Positions 9,827 to 19,299 of a stretch of 64,000 nt of DNA are shown here, in pieces. The DNA is from Dehalococcoidia bacterium (GTDB taxonomy: Bacteria; Chloroflexota; Dehalococcoidia; Lucifugimonadales; UBA1123). Within the stretch, counting starts at the first letter, position 1, and each line of letters opens with the position of its first letter. The translations under genes were made by a program, and so were the position numbers. The notes under the pieces are model-generated. The model saw only the letters and a list, made by a program, of their open reading frames with translations. It was not told the DNA's origin and searched no databases. The stretch covers positions 23,251 to 87,250 of the forward strand of contig JAGWBK010000005.1 of the NCBI GenBank assembly GCA_021295915.1. The letters are read 5' to 3'.

Positions 9827-11067
9827 TCTGCGGCCTCTGTGAGTTCTTCCATGCGGTCTGCAGTGTAGGCGTGAGACAGGGCGACGGGGATGTTGTCACC
9901 CATCTTGACCAGGAATGGCGCAATTCCAGAGTCGTAGAGCGCCGGGATTGCCTCCCTGGTCTGGAACAGCCCACCAAATGACTGCCCGTCGATGAGTACG
10001 ACAGCTATTCTCAGACGTCGCCGGACAAGTTCCCTCAGGGCAATCGTCCAGTCTTCGCGATGTGATGACGTCAAGATGATGACCTGGCTGTGAGTTCCCC
10101 AGAGCTGCTCCTCAATGGACAGCACTTCCGCGAGAGAAACATTGCCTTCAGCCTTGGTCATGGCAAGGTGTTCCATGATCCGCTCGAACTGCGCCGACCC
10201 GGTGTCCGCCGGGATGAGATAACGTTCGTCGCCATAAGCGAGCAGGCCTACCGGAAGCTGCGACTGAATATACTTTTGCGCCATCGAGGCTGCGATTGAG
10301 ACTGCATATTCGTCGGTGCTCTCATCAAGGTCGCCAGCCTGCACTTCGCGATGCAGGTCTACGAGAATCCACACGTCGCTGGCCATTCCGAGTTCAAACT
10401 CCTTGGACATGAGCCGGCCAGTTCGCGCGGTGGTCTGCCAGTGGATTCTGCTGAGGCTGTCACCGAACGAGTACTCCCTTACGGTGGCGGCATGAGGGGT
10501 AAGATCGTGAGACCTGCGCCGTGCCGAACTCTCGCCTGTCAGATAGCCTGGAGGCATTTCGAAGTCCGCGAGATCGTAGACCCTGGGATAGACAACCAGA
10601 TCGTCCTGCCCGCCGAAGTCCCTGGCACGCCTGAAGAGTCCAAACGGATCGCTGTTAGAAACTCGGACTGGGCCCAGCTTATAAACCCCTCGCTTGCGGG
10701 CAGGGGCGAGTGTTCGCCAGGATCTGAACCCCTTTGTGGGAAGACTCAGCACTCGTCCATTCGAATAGCCCGGCATGTCGGTTACGTCTTCGACTTCGAG
10801 AGTTGACTTTGGCCACGAGCTCCTGTTGCGGACGGTAATCCGCTCCTCTATGTCGTCGCCTACTCTGGCGCGCCTTGTACGTCTGTCGACGCTGACCTCC
10901 AGTCCCACCACGCTCAACCAGTTCCATATAAACGCCAGGACCGCGGTAAGGCCAAGAATGTATACCAGCCTGTAGAAGAGTCCGAATCCGGTTGCCAGGC
11001 CGGTAAACAGGGTGACTACTATCAACCCAAGAACGAGGAACAGTCGTGTCTGAAGGGAGAACTTCAC
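9823..11067 (-). CDS. DUF58 domain-containing protein
   Basis: 414-aa ORF with two N-terminal TM helices and the DUF58 signature VREYSFGDSLSRIHWQTTARTGRLMSKEFE. It lies between MoxR and the transglutaminase, as in the common MoxR-DUF58-TGase triad. Confidence 0.85.
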   Translation of the reverse strand: MKFSLQTRLFLVLGLIVVTLFTGLATGFGLFYRLVYILGLTAVLAFIWNWLSVVGLEVSVDRRTRRARVGDDIEERITVRNRSSWPKSTLEVEDVTDMPGYSNGRVLSLPTKGFRSWRTLAPARKRGVYKLGPVRVSNSDPFGLFRRARDFGGQDDLVVYPRVYDLADFEMPPGYLTGESSARRRSHDLTPHAATVREYSFGDSLSRIHWQTTARTGRLMSKEFELGMASDVWILVDLHREVQAGDLDESTDEYAVSIAASMAQKYIQSQLPVGLLAYGDERYLIPADTGSAQFERIMEHLAMTKAEGNVSLAEVLSIEEQLWGTHSQVIILTSSHREDWTIALRELVRRRLRIAVVLIDGQSFGGLFQTREAIPALYDSGIAPFLVKMGDNIPVALSHAYTADRMEELTEAAD

Positions 11068-11078
11068 CGGTGGACCAA

Positions 11079-12050
11079 CTAACCTGCTGCGCCGACCCGG
11101 GCCCCGCCGCCCGGAACAGCCGTCTGCTCGAGAATCTGCTCGACGATCTCCTCGCTGCCGACGCCCCTCATTCGGGCTCCTGCTGAAACGATCATGCGAT
11201 GACTGAGCATTGGCGCCGCCAGCTCCTTCACGTCATCAGGAAGCACGTAGTCTCTGCCACGTATGAGGGAGACTGCCTGACCGCCTCTGAATAGCGCCAA
11301 GGATGCCCTTGGCGATGCGCCCAGCGCGATATCTGGATGAGTCCTGGTCGCCTCAACCAGGTTGACTATGTACTGCTTAACGAGGTCGTCGACGTAAATC
11401 TCACGAATCTTCCTCTGAAGGTTTATGATCTCGTCCGCATCTGCGACCGATCTCAGGGTATCGATCGGGTGTGCAGATTGCTGCCTTTCCACGATCTCCA
11501 ACTCTTCCTCAATCGTCGGATAGCCAAGGCGGATAATCAGCAGAAAACGGTCCAACTGGGCCTCGGGAAGCGGGAAAGTACCTTCGTATTCGACCGGGTT
11601 CTGAGTCGCCATTACCATGAATGGACTAGGCAGCCTGTGTGTGATCCCCTCAACGGTGACCTGCCGCTCATCCATCGCTTCCAGCATCGCTGACTGCGTC
11701 TTGGGAGTTGCCCTGTTGACCTCGTCTGCGAGCACGAGCTGAGAAATGATCGGACCAGCGCGGAACTCGAACTCGCCGCTTTGCTGATTGTATATGGACA
11801 CTCCGGTAACGTCTGTCGGCAGCAGGTCGGGTGTGAACTGAATTCGCTTGAACGTGCAGCCCACCGAACGGGCGACGCTGCGAGCCAGCATCGTCTTGCC
11901 AACTCCCGGAACGTCTTCGATAAGCGCGTGTCCCTGGCACATTAGTGCCACAACTCCGAGTTCGACCGCCTCGCTCTTGCCGACAATGACGCGCTCTACG
12001 TTATCAATTATCCGCTGAGCCAGGTCTCGCTCTCTATCGAATTCCTGCAA
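11079..12050 (-). CDS. MoxR-family AAA+ ATPase
   Basis: 323-aa ORF with Walker A ([14 protein letters not shown]), Walker B ([20 protein letters not shown]) and the MoxR-typical [22 protein letters not shown] block. Confidence 0.93.
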   Translation of the reverse strand: MQEFDRERDLAQRIIDNVERVIVGKSEAVELGVVALMCQGHALIEDVPGVGKTMLARSVARSVGCTFKRIQFTPDLLPTDVTGVSIYNQQSGEFEFRAGPIISQLVLADEVNRATPKTQSAMLEAMDERQVTVEGITHRLPSPFMVMATQNPVEYEGTFPLPEAQLDRFLLIIRLGYPTIEEELEIVERQQSAHPIDTLRSVADADEIINLQRKIREIYVDDLVKQYIVNLVEATRTHPDIALGASPRASLALFRGGQAVSLIRGRDYVLPDDVKELAAPMLSHRMIVSAGARMRGVGSEEIVEQILEQTAVPGGGARVGAAG

Positions 12051-12165
12051 GTGATTCTCCTGCCCGATGTATTAAAGCCGCGCATGTGCCGATTATACAA
12101 GAAGACTTCGCGAAAGGTGCCGCAACTCGCTCTTGGGTTACCCAACCAGCCTAGTATAAAAACCG

Positions 12166-12194
12166 TTGACTTACAAAAGTGCCGAGTGTAGCAT
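12166..12194 (+). promoter_or_regulatory. Sigma-70-like promoter for the STAS/partner-switching operon
   Basis: TTGACT (12166-12171), a 17-nt spacer ending in TG, then TAGCAT (12189-12194), about 90 nt upstream of the STAS gene start. Confidence 0.4.
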
Positions 12195-12285
12195 CATCCT
12201 AGCTTTCTCTGTGTGTTGTCCTTGAGCAACTCGCTTGTGGTCAGCCGGCCTTGCGCAATATTGATGACCTGGGGAGAGACAAATA

Positions 12286-12624
12286 ATGGCGCTCAGCATT
12301 GAACGCAATGACGGAATAATGGTCGCTGTGGCAGAAGGCCGTGTGGACGGTGCAAATGCCCAGGAGTTCCAGGGGGAACTCACTGAGGCGATTGACCCTT
12401 CAGATCGCGCAGTCATCCTGGATCTGGAGGAAATCACATACATCTCCAGTGCCGGTCTGCGCGTTATCCTGCTTACCGCCAGAGCCCTCAAGAGACAGAA
12501 CGCCGAACTGGCTGTGTGCTCTCTCTCAGACGCAATTCGCGAAGTGTTTGAAATCAGCGGATTTGACAAGATCATACCCGTCCGGGAATCACGCCCGGAT
12601 GCAATCGCCAGTTTCCAGGCCTAA
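12286..12624 (+). CDS. STAS-domain anti-sigma-factor antagonist (SpoIIAA/RsbV-like)
   Basis: 112-aa ORF with the conserved phosphorylatable serine context ITYISSAGLRVIL and a C-terminal FEISGFDKIIPV. Confidence 0.85.
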   Translation: MALSIERNDGIMVAVAEGRVDGANAQEFQGELTEAIDPSDRAVILDLEEITYISSAGLRVILLTARALKRQNAELAVCSLSDAIREVFEISGFDKIIPVRESRPDAIASFQA

Positions 12625-12674
12625 CGGACACTTAACTGGCTAGTCCGGGGTGATTTCAGGCGCCCTATCGTGAG

Positions 12675-13841
12675 ATGACGATGACTCTGCAAAAGAAATA
12701 CAAGATCCTGGTGGTAGACGACGAGCCGGATCTGGAGCCTCTTCTCCTTCAGCGTATGCGGCGTGCCATCAGGGCGGGCCGTTATGAGTTTGTCTTCGCC
12801 GGCAACGGACTGGAGGCCCTTCAGAGGTTGGACCAGGACGAAGAGATCGATATGGTCCTGTCTGACATCAATATGCCTCAAATGGACGGACTCACTCTCC
12901 TCGAACAGATACCGGACGTCAACCCTAATATCCGGTCAGTAATTATCTCCGCATACGGGGATATGAAGAATATCCGGACCGCCATGAACAGGGGCGCGTT
13001 CGACTTCGTCACGAAACCGATAGATTTCAAGGACCTGCAGGTCACGATCGACCGTACGCTTATTCACGTCGAAGAGCTGAAAGAAGCTCTGATGGCGCGC
13101 GACAAGTTGGTAACTCTTCAAAACGAGTTGGACGTCGCGAGCAACATACAGCAGTCGATTCTGCCCACTGAGCTCCCAAGGGAGCTCGACTATCAGATGT
13201 TCGGCAGTATGAAGAGTGCCCGAAATGTTGGCGGTGACTTCTTCGATGTCGTGCGCCTCCCTGACAGGCGCGTAGGGCTGGCGATCGCCGATGTTTCCGA
13301 CAAGGGCGTGCCGGCAGCACTTTTCATGATGTCCACCCGCACGCTCCTGAAGGGCGCTGCGATTGGGGCAATTAACCCTGGCGACGTCATGGATACGGTA
13401 AACCAGCTTCTTTGCGAAGACAATGAAGCTGCGATGTTCGTTACCCTCCTCTATGCTGTCTACGACCCTGAGACCGGGCGACTCACGTACGCCAACGGTG
13501 GTCATAACCCGCCGTTGATTATCCACCAGGACAATACCTCCACCCTGCTGCCGTCGACTGAGGGCCTTGCGCTCGGTCTGCTCCCCGACTATGAGTACCA
13601 GCAGAAAACAGTGACTGTGGAACCGGGCGAGACGCTCGTTCTCTACACTGACGGGGTCACTGAGGCAATGAATGCCAATGAGGAAGAGTTCGGAGTGGAG
13701 CGGCTGCAGGATATCTTTACAGAATCGTATCCTCGCGAGGCTCACGCCATCACGCAATTGATATTCGATGCTGTCGACGAATTTGCAGGTGATACACCTC
13801 AATCGGACGATGTTACCTGCCTGACCCTATGTAGAGGCTAA
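12675..13841 (+). CDS. Response-regulator receiver fused to a PP2C/SpoIIE-type serine phosphatase (RsbU-like)
   Basis: REC motifs KILVVDDEPD and DMVLSDINMPQMDG. PP2C motifs GGDFFDV, ADVSDKGVPAALFM, YTDGVTEA and DDVTCL. Confidence 0.9.
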   Translation: MTMTLQKKYKILVVDDEPDLEPLLLQRMRRAIRAGRYEFVFAGNGLEALQRLDQDEEIDMVLSDINMPQMDGLTLLEQIPDVNPNIRSVIISAYGDMKNIRTAMNRGAFDFVTKPIDFKDLQVTIDRTLIHVEELKEALMARDKLVTLQNELDVASNIQQSILPTELPRELDYQMFGSMKSARNVGGDFFDVVRLPDRRVGLAIADVSDKGVPAALFMMSTRTLLKGAAIGAINPGDVMDTVNQLLCEDNEAAMFVTLLYAVYDPETGRLTYANGGHNPPLIIHQDNTSTLLPSTEGLALGLLPDYEYQQKTVTVEPGETLVLYTDGVTEAMNANEEEFGVERLQDIFTESYPREAHAITQLIFDAVDEFAGDTPQSDDVTCLTLCRG

Positions 13842-13844
13842 CCG

Positions 13845-14282
13845 TTGGTCGCTAAACTAACTCTCAAGCTCAAGAACGACCGAGAAGAGCTGGAACGCAT
13901 CGTCACTGCTGTTGAGGAATTCGCTGCGCAGGATGAGTGGCCGGAAGACCTGCTCTTCAAGATCAACTTGGTTCTGGAAGAGATTGGCCTGAACATCATC
14001 GACTATGCGTTCGAGAGTGGTAGTCACGAGTTTGAAATCAACCTGACGTCAGATGCAGAGGCGATTACCATCGAGGCTATCGATAGTGGACGACCTTTTG
14101 ATCCGCTTAGCGAGACCCCCTTGCCGGATCTTGACGCGCCACTGGACTGCCGCCCCGTTGGTGGCCTGGGAGTCTACCTGGTACGTACACTGATGGACCA
14201 ATCTGACTATCAGAGAGTTGACGGCAAGAACTGCCTCACTGTGGTCAAGTACAGAACCGAGACCCCGACTTGTCCTGAATGA
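13845..14282 (+). CDS. Anti-sigma regulatory factor-type serine kinase (RsbW/SpoIIAB-like, HATPase_c_2)
   Basis: 145-aa ORF with a TTG start 3 nt after the preceding stop. It has an N-box-like EEIGLNIIDYA, then DSGRPFDP and GGLGVYLV glycine boxes. Confidence 0.75.
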   Translation: MVAKLTLKLKNDREELERIVTAVEEFAAQDEWPEDLLFKINLVLEEIGLNIIDYAFESGSHEFEINLTSDAEAITIEAIDSGRPFDPLSETPLPDLDAPLDCRPVGGLGVYLVRTLMDQSDYQRVDGKNCLTVVKYRTETPTCPE

Positions 14283-15571
14283 CCTCGTCAATCCCCCGGC
14301 GTACATCCCGGATCCTACTGTTCGGCTTGGGGGGACTGTTAATCCTGCTGGGCGCGGTTATCGCCGGTGTTATTCTCTTCATTAGTGCCCCTTGGGACGA
14401 CAATATCAACGAGCCGACAGTGACGGTAGTCGCCTCCGAAGTCACGGAGGATGAAGTCGAACTGGGGACTCCTGGAGTCTTTCCAACCCAGATTCTGTTT
14501 GGGCAGTCTGCAGCACTGAGCGGTCCCGCCAGCGGCCTTGGTGTGAACATGCGCATCGGAATTGAGGCTGCATTTTACGAGGCTAACCAGAATGGTGGCG
14601 TCAATGGCCGGCAATTTGCCCTGATCTCCATGGACGATGCATATGAACCTGGCATAGCAATCACAAACACCAGCACGCTGATCGAGGAACAGCAGGTCTT
14701 CGCACTCATCGGCGCTGTTGGGACTCCTACTTCGCGCTCTGCCGCTCCCATAGCCAACGAGGCTGGCATCCCATACTTGACGCCGTTTACTGGTGCGGAC
14801 TTTCTACGAGATGTCTCGAGGCTCCGCACCGTGGTGAATCTGAGGGCCAGTTACTTTCAGGAAACTGAAGAGATGGTTGAACGGCTCACTACGGATCTCG
14901 GCGTCCGGCGTATCGCCCTGATGTACCAGGACGACTCCTTTGGTCGGGCAGGGTTGAGAGGGGTCATTGCCGCATTGGACCGCAGAGACATGGACCTGGT
15001 CTCCACCGGTGTCTATCCGCGCAACACAACGGCTGTTAAGACTGCTCTCCTGGATGTCTGGGAGGGCAGGCCTGAGGCCGTGATACTCATCGGAGCCTAC
15101 GAACCAATCGCTAACATGATTTCGTGGGCCAAGAGAACCGGTATGGAGAGTATCTATATGACACTGTCCTTCTCCGGAGGACTCGCACTTGCGCAGGAAC
15201 TGGGTTCATTCGGGAAAGGCGTGTACGTTACACAGGTTGTCCCCTTCCCTCGGGACAGGTCACATCCCGTTGTGTCGGCATACCTGGAGGCCCTGTCTGT
15301 ATACGATCCCAGCGCGCAGCCTGACTTCGTGTCTCTCGAAGGATACCTGGCAGGCCGGCTGGCCATAGAGGCCGTACGAAATTGTGGTGAGCAGGTGGAC
15401 CACGATTGCTTCTTTACAGGCATTCAAGAGTCTGATGAAATTGACATCGATGGTTTCAGGCTCAGTTTCGGACCTGATGATAATCAGGGTTCCGATGCCG
15501 TCTTTCTGAGCGTTATCGGAAGTGACGGCCAATTCCACTCCGTTAATTCTCTAGAGGACGAAGTGCCTTGA
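14279..15571 (+). CDS. Membrane-anchored periplasmic-binding-protein type I (LivK/amide-binding-like) solute-binding protein
   Basis: 430-aa ORF with an N-terminal TM anchor (ILLFGLGGLLILLGAVIAGVILFI). The motifs FGQSAALSGPASGLG and ALIGAVGTPT are typical of Leu/Ile/Val-binding-type SBPs. It has 4-nt overlaps with both neighbours. Confidence 0.8.
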   Translation: MTSSIPRRTSRILLFGLGGLLILLGAVIAGVILFISAPWDDNINEPTVTVVASEVTEDEVELGTPGVFPTQILFGQSAALSGPASGLGVNMRIGIEAAFYEANQNGGVNGRQFALISMDDAYEPGIAITNTSTLIEEQQVFALIGAVGTPTSRSAAPIANEAGIPYLTPFTGADFLRDVSRLRTVVNLRASYFQETEEMVERLTTDLGVRRIALMYQDDSFGRAGLRGVIAALDRRDMDLVSTGVYPRNTTAVKTALLDVWEGRPEAVILIGAYEPIANMISWAKRTGMESIYMTLSFSGGLALAQELGSFGKGVYVTQVVPFPRDRSHPVVSAYLEALSVYDPSAQPDFVSLEGYLAGRLAIEAVRNCGEQVDHDCFFTGIQESDEIDIDGFRLSFGPDDNQGSDAVFLSVIGSDGQFHSVNSLEDEVP

Positions 15572-17934
15572 GTGAGCGATCAGACAATCCACTCCGCAGT
15601 GAAGAACCAGAAGTCCGTACTGATGCCCCTGAAGTTCATGGGTTAGAATCCGAAGTCGATTCAGACGGTTCTGCGAATCGCGAAAGAACCTCTGCAGGTG
15701 ATCGGTCTCGGTCTGGTATGGGCCCCGCGGCTGAGTTTCAACGACTATTCAAACTCCTTCTGGAAAGCCGACATCGGATCTCAACACAGATCTACCTTGC
15801 CTTTGGCGGCGCGGTACTCCTGACGATTGCCGCTAGCCTTGTCGGCTGGTTTTCCTTTGACAGAGTGGGTATCCAGCAGGCACGCGTTAACGAGGGCAGC
15901 GTTCCTGAGATGACTGCCGCGTTCGGGATCGCTCAGTTAGCCAATGAACTAGTAGACGCCGGCCCACGACTCGCAGCAACTACCAACACGACAGACTTTC
16001 AGGCTGTTGCGGCCGACATCTCCGCTGCAAACGTTGCGCTTGTAGGTCAGCTTGCCCTGCTGCAGGGTCAGCACACCAGTGAAGCACGCTTTAACCGTAT
16101 GAGGTCGTACCTGGACGAACTGACGTCCAATAACTACGAAATCCAAACGGGCATGGTCGAATCTTTCTTGAGAGACGTTCTGCTGGAGCAACTCAGGGCC
16201 GATATTGCTGATGTGGACCGTCAACTCAGGTCAATTCTGGCTCCGGCCGCTGACGACCAGTGGTTCTACATGATGACGGGGTATCGCGACCCCGATGAAC
16301 CGCCAGTGGCTGCGGTAGGCCGCCTCAATGAGAGCGAACTGTCTCAGTACCGGCACCTGGCTGCCCTGGTTGCCGACACTGACTATGCCCGGCAGACTCT
16401 GGAAAGTGGATTTGGCGTATCAGACCCGTCAACGCTCGAACCACTGCGCGAGAGTTTTGAGTCAGCCATAAGCCGCATGAACCATAACCTTGAGGCTATC
16501 CGAGGACTGGACCTGGGAGAGGAGATTGAACCGCTCATTGGCGAGTTGTCTGAACTTGGCTTGGGATCGCAAGGGTCCCTCGAACTGCTGGACCGCCACT
16601 TTCGAGTACTGGAACGCCGCGGTGAGTTGCTGGCCCAAAACCGAAGTATAGCGGTCGAGCTCCTTAAAGAAGTAGACGGCTTTGTTGGCCTAGCTAACGC
16701 AAGCGTTGAGGATGCTGCAGTTGCATCTGATCAGGCCGTCTTCGCAGGCAAGATAATCCTCGCCGCACTCAGCGTTGTCAGCGTAGGTGGAGCCGCCCTG
16801 ATTGCCTGGCTTTTCATTGGGAGAATCCTGTTGAGCCGGCTTCAGATCCTGCTCGGCTCCATGCGGCAGATGGCCGATGGAGACCTTGATGTTGAGGTGG
16901 ACACGAGTGGACGTGACGAGGTGTCTGAGATGGCAAACGCTCTCGAGGTGTTCCGTAAGGCCTCTCTCGATGCCATTGAACTCGACGAAGTCAGAAGGCT
17001 CAACGACCAGTTGGAGCAGACTAACGAAGAACTGACGGAGACCGTCGGGCAGCGCGACAGCGCTCTGGATGACCTCCAGAGAGCCCAGAATCAGATAGTG
17101 GAGCGCGACAAGCTGGCGGCAATCGGTGAGTTGACCGCAGGCGTAGCCCACGAAATTAGAAATCCGTTGAACTTCATTAAGAACTTCGCTGAGGGATCTG
17201 AAGAGATTCTCGAAGAGTTGACGGAAGTCATCGATGAGGCGGCAGAGGAGATGGAGGAAACCCAGCGAGACCTCGTAATGGAGATCTCAGGGGAGTTGAA
17301 AGACAGCCTCAACCGAATCCAGAGCAACACGAATCGCGCTGAGCGAATTGTCCGGGACATGCTCCTGATGAGCAGGGGCGCTTCTGAGCCTCAGCTTACT
17401 GATATCAATAGTCTTGTTGAAGAGAACGCACGGCTCTCGTTCCACAGTGCAAGGGCAACAAATTCCGATTTCCAACTCGATCTGGTCACAGACTTCGACC
17501 CTGAAGCTGGACGGGTTGAAGTCATTCCCCAGGATATGGGCCGAGTCATCATCAACATGGTCACCAATGCTGGCTTTGCTACAAACGAGAGGCGTATGGA
17601 AATCGGAGACGAGTCCTTCGATGCAGAGTCCTACATGCCGACCGTATATCTTGCGACCAAGAGGCTCGATGAAGAGGTCGAGATTCGTGTTAAAGACAAC
17701 GGGACTGGCATTCCCTCCGAAGTGATCGACAGCATTTTCAACCCGTTCTTCACGACGAAAGATCCCAATCAGGGTACAGGTCTCGGCCTCGCGCTCTGCG
17801 CCGACATAATTCGACAGCACGGTGGGTCGATCAGCGTAGAAACTGAGCCCGGGGAGTTTACTGAGATGACCATTTTGATCCCGATCACGCAGCCGGTGAT
17901 CGAGGAGGCTGAGTCAGACTTGGTCGGAGTCTAA
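15568..17934 (+). CDS. Sensor histidine kinase (two TM helices, extracytoplasmic helical domain, HAMP, coiled coil, HisKA, HATPase_c)
   Basis: 788-aa ORF. The H-box is LTAGVAHEIRNPLNFI, the N-box is INMVTNAGFA, and the G-boxes are DNGTGIP and GTGLGLALC. A HAMP-like segment follows TM2. The TTG start overlaps the SBP stop (TTGA). Confidence 0.9.
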   Translation: MSERSDNPLRSEEPEVRTDAPEVHGLESEVDSDGSANRERTSAGDRSRSGMGPAAEFQRLFKLLLESRHRISTQIYLAFGGAVLLTIAASLVGWFSFDRVGIQQARVNEGSVPEMTAAFGIAQLANELVDAGPRLAATTNTTDFQAVAADISAANVALVGQLALLQGQHTSEARFNRMRSYLDELTSNNYEIQTGMVESFLRDVLLEQLRADIADVDRQLRSILAPAADDQWFYMMTGYRDPDEPPVAAVGRLNESELSQYRHLAALVADTDYARQTLESGFGVSDPSTLEPLRESFESAISRMNHNLEAIRGLDLGEEIEPLIGELSELGLGSQGSLELLDRHFRVLERRGELLAQNRSIAVELLKEVDGFVGLANASVEDAAVASDQAVFAGKIILAALSVVSVGGAALIAWLFIGRILLSRLQILLGSMRQMADGDLDVEVDTSGRDEVSEMANALEVFRKASLDAIELDEVRRLNDQLEQTNEELTETVGQRDSALDDLQRAQNQIVERDKLAAIGELTAGVAHEIRNPLNFIKNFAEGSEEILEELTEVIDEAAEEMEETQRDLVMEISGELKDSLNRIQSNTNRAERIVRDMLLMSRGASEPQLTDINSLVEENARLSFHSARATNSDFQLDLVTDFDPEAGRVEVIPQDMGRVIINMVTNAGFATNERRMEIGDESFDAESYMPTVYLATKRLDEEVEIRVKDNGTGIPSEVIDSIFNPFFTTKDPNQGTGLGLALCADIIRQHGGSISVETEPGEFTEMTILIPITQPVIEEAESDLVGV

Positions 17935-17940
17935 TAGCAG

Positions 17941-18678
17941 CTAGCGATCGGTATCAAACCGCCCGACAATCTCGGAGTTGACGCGGTACTCCAGGGGAAT
18001 GCGCCCCAGTGAGATTGAGTCTGGTGGTACGATACCTCCGGAGAACACCAGCTTCATCGCGTCCTCCACGGTGATGTCAGTTTCGAACAACTCGTCCTCA
18101 GAGACCACTGCCATGTTTCCGGACGTTGGGTTGGGGACTGTTGGTATGTAGACGATTGCGAGAGATAGCTCCGAATCGGCCTTTAGGATCCGGGCGGTTA
18201 CGAATCCCAATGCAATCATTCCCTCCCTGGGCCACTCGAGGAAAACGACGCGGCTGAAATTGAACTGGGAGGTCATTACCGTGGTTGCCTGGCGTGTCAC
18301 CCCGAGTATCCCTTTGACAACAGGGATGCTGCCCATCACGTCCGTCACAAATCCCATAACTGCCTTACCGGCCCTCGTGGATGTCATGAGACCTACGAGA
18401 TAGAAGAGCACGATCGCAACTATCAGCCCTGTACCCCAAAAGTTGGGAAAGTCTCTTGTCCCGCCTGACAGCTCCCTTGTTATCGTGTTCAGCATCGGTA
18501 TGATCGCGGAGTCAGCCAGATTCACGACATACACGATGACCACGATTGGGACTAGGATCGGCAGGAGTTCCAGCAACCCGGAAACTGTCTTTCCTTGAAA
18601 GTGTCCGCCAGCTCGCTGCAACAGGTTCGATCCCTGGTTCTGGGTACCATCGCCCTGAACTCCGTTAGGTTCAGCCAT
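17941..18678 (-). CDS. DUF502 domain-containing membrane protein
   Basis: 245-aa ORF with two TM helices and the characteristic YIPTVPNPTSGNMAVV motif. Confidence 0.75.
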   Translation of the reverse strand: MAEPNGVQGDGTQNQGSNLLQRAGGHFQGKTVSGLLELLPILVPIVVIVYVVNLADSAIIPMLNTITRELSGGTRDFPNFWGTGLIVAIVLFYLVGLMTSTRAGKAVMGFVTDVMGSIPVVKGILGVTRQATTVMTSQFNFSRVVFLEWPREGMIALGFVTARILKADSELSLAIVYIPTVPNPTSGNMAVVSEDELFETDITVEDAMKLVFSGGIVPPDSISLGRIPLEYRVNSEIVGRFDTDR

Positions 18679-18821
18679 GGTTGCTACTCCTGAAATGGCG
18701 GTATCTGCCGAGTCGGCCTCTAGGGAGATCTAAAGAGAGTCCGACCCCCATAACTCGAAGCAATTCTGAGCGACACGCTCGCTTTATGCGAGTATTATCT
18801 GCAATTATCTTAGCCTGTGGC

Positions 18822-19175
18822 CTACTCGTCTGGGGAGAACCAAGGCCTTTCTGCGGCCTCGTCTGGCCAAAGAAACTCGAACCCTGCCCGGAGAGCATTC
18901 TGCCTGTCGAGGTCTTCTCGATCACCGATGTGAAAGTACCTCTCCGCATCGAATTTCGCTTTGACGTCTGCCAGCATGTGCTTGGGGATGACGAAGTCTG
19001 CAGCGATGTTCGCCTGTTCCCAGATTGCCCTCTGGGCACTTGGTGGCCGATCTGAACAGCTCCCAATGAGGAATCCTTTATTCTGGGCGATTCGCGCCAT
19101 TTCCATAGTCAAGGGTCCGGGAGGGTCGCCTACCTCCATGGTCCCGTCGATGTCAAAGCTGATCAGTATCGCCAA
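18822..19175 (-). CDS. Small HAD-like hydrolase-fold protein
   Basis: 117-aa ORF that starts with the HAD motif I-like ILISFDIDGT and also contains GSCSDR and IGDRxxD elements. The assignment is tentative. Confidence 0.5.
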   Translation of the reverse strand: MAILISFDIDGTMEVGDPPGPLTMEMARIAQNKGFLIGSCSDRPPSAQRAIWEQANIAADFVIPKHMLADVKAKFDAERYFHIGDREDLDRQNALRAGFEFLWPDEAAERPWFSPDE

Positions 19176-19299
19176 ATGTGTTCCTCTTCTTACCCACAGT
19201 GCGTAGCGCCACTGAGAACCTGTTGGTTCGCGGTGTGGGACTTCGCATCACTTGTCAAGGCTCGGTACTTGTTGAACTAAACTGAAAGATGTTTCTTAG

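Noticed and set aside
12171-12575. 134-aa minus-strand ORF spanning the moxR/STAS intergenic region and the STAS gene.
   Set aside because: It is antisense to a well-supported STAS CDS and would run through the predicted promoter. It has no recognisable domain.
12936-13802. 288-aa ORF antisense to the REC-PP2C gene. Similar long antisense ORFs occur at 19435-20316, 24775-25425, 29607-30332, 35321-36025, 40496-41326, 41848-42579, 53827-54651, 55570-56241 and 56374-56991.
   Set aside because: Each lies opposite a frame with clear family motifs. Their translations are Arg/Ser/Pro/Gly-rich with no recognisable domain. Long stop-free antisense frames are expected in GC-rich coding DNA.
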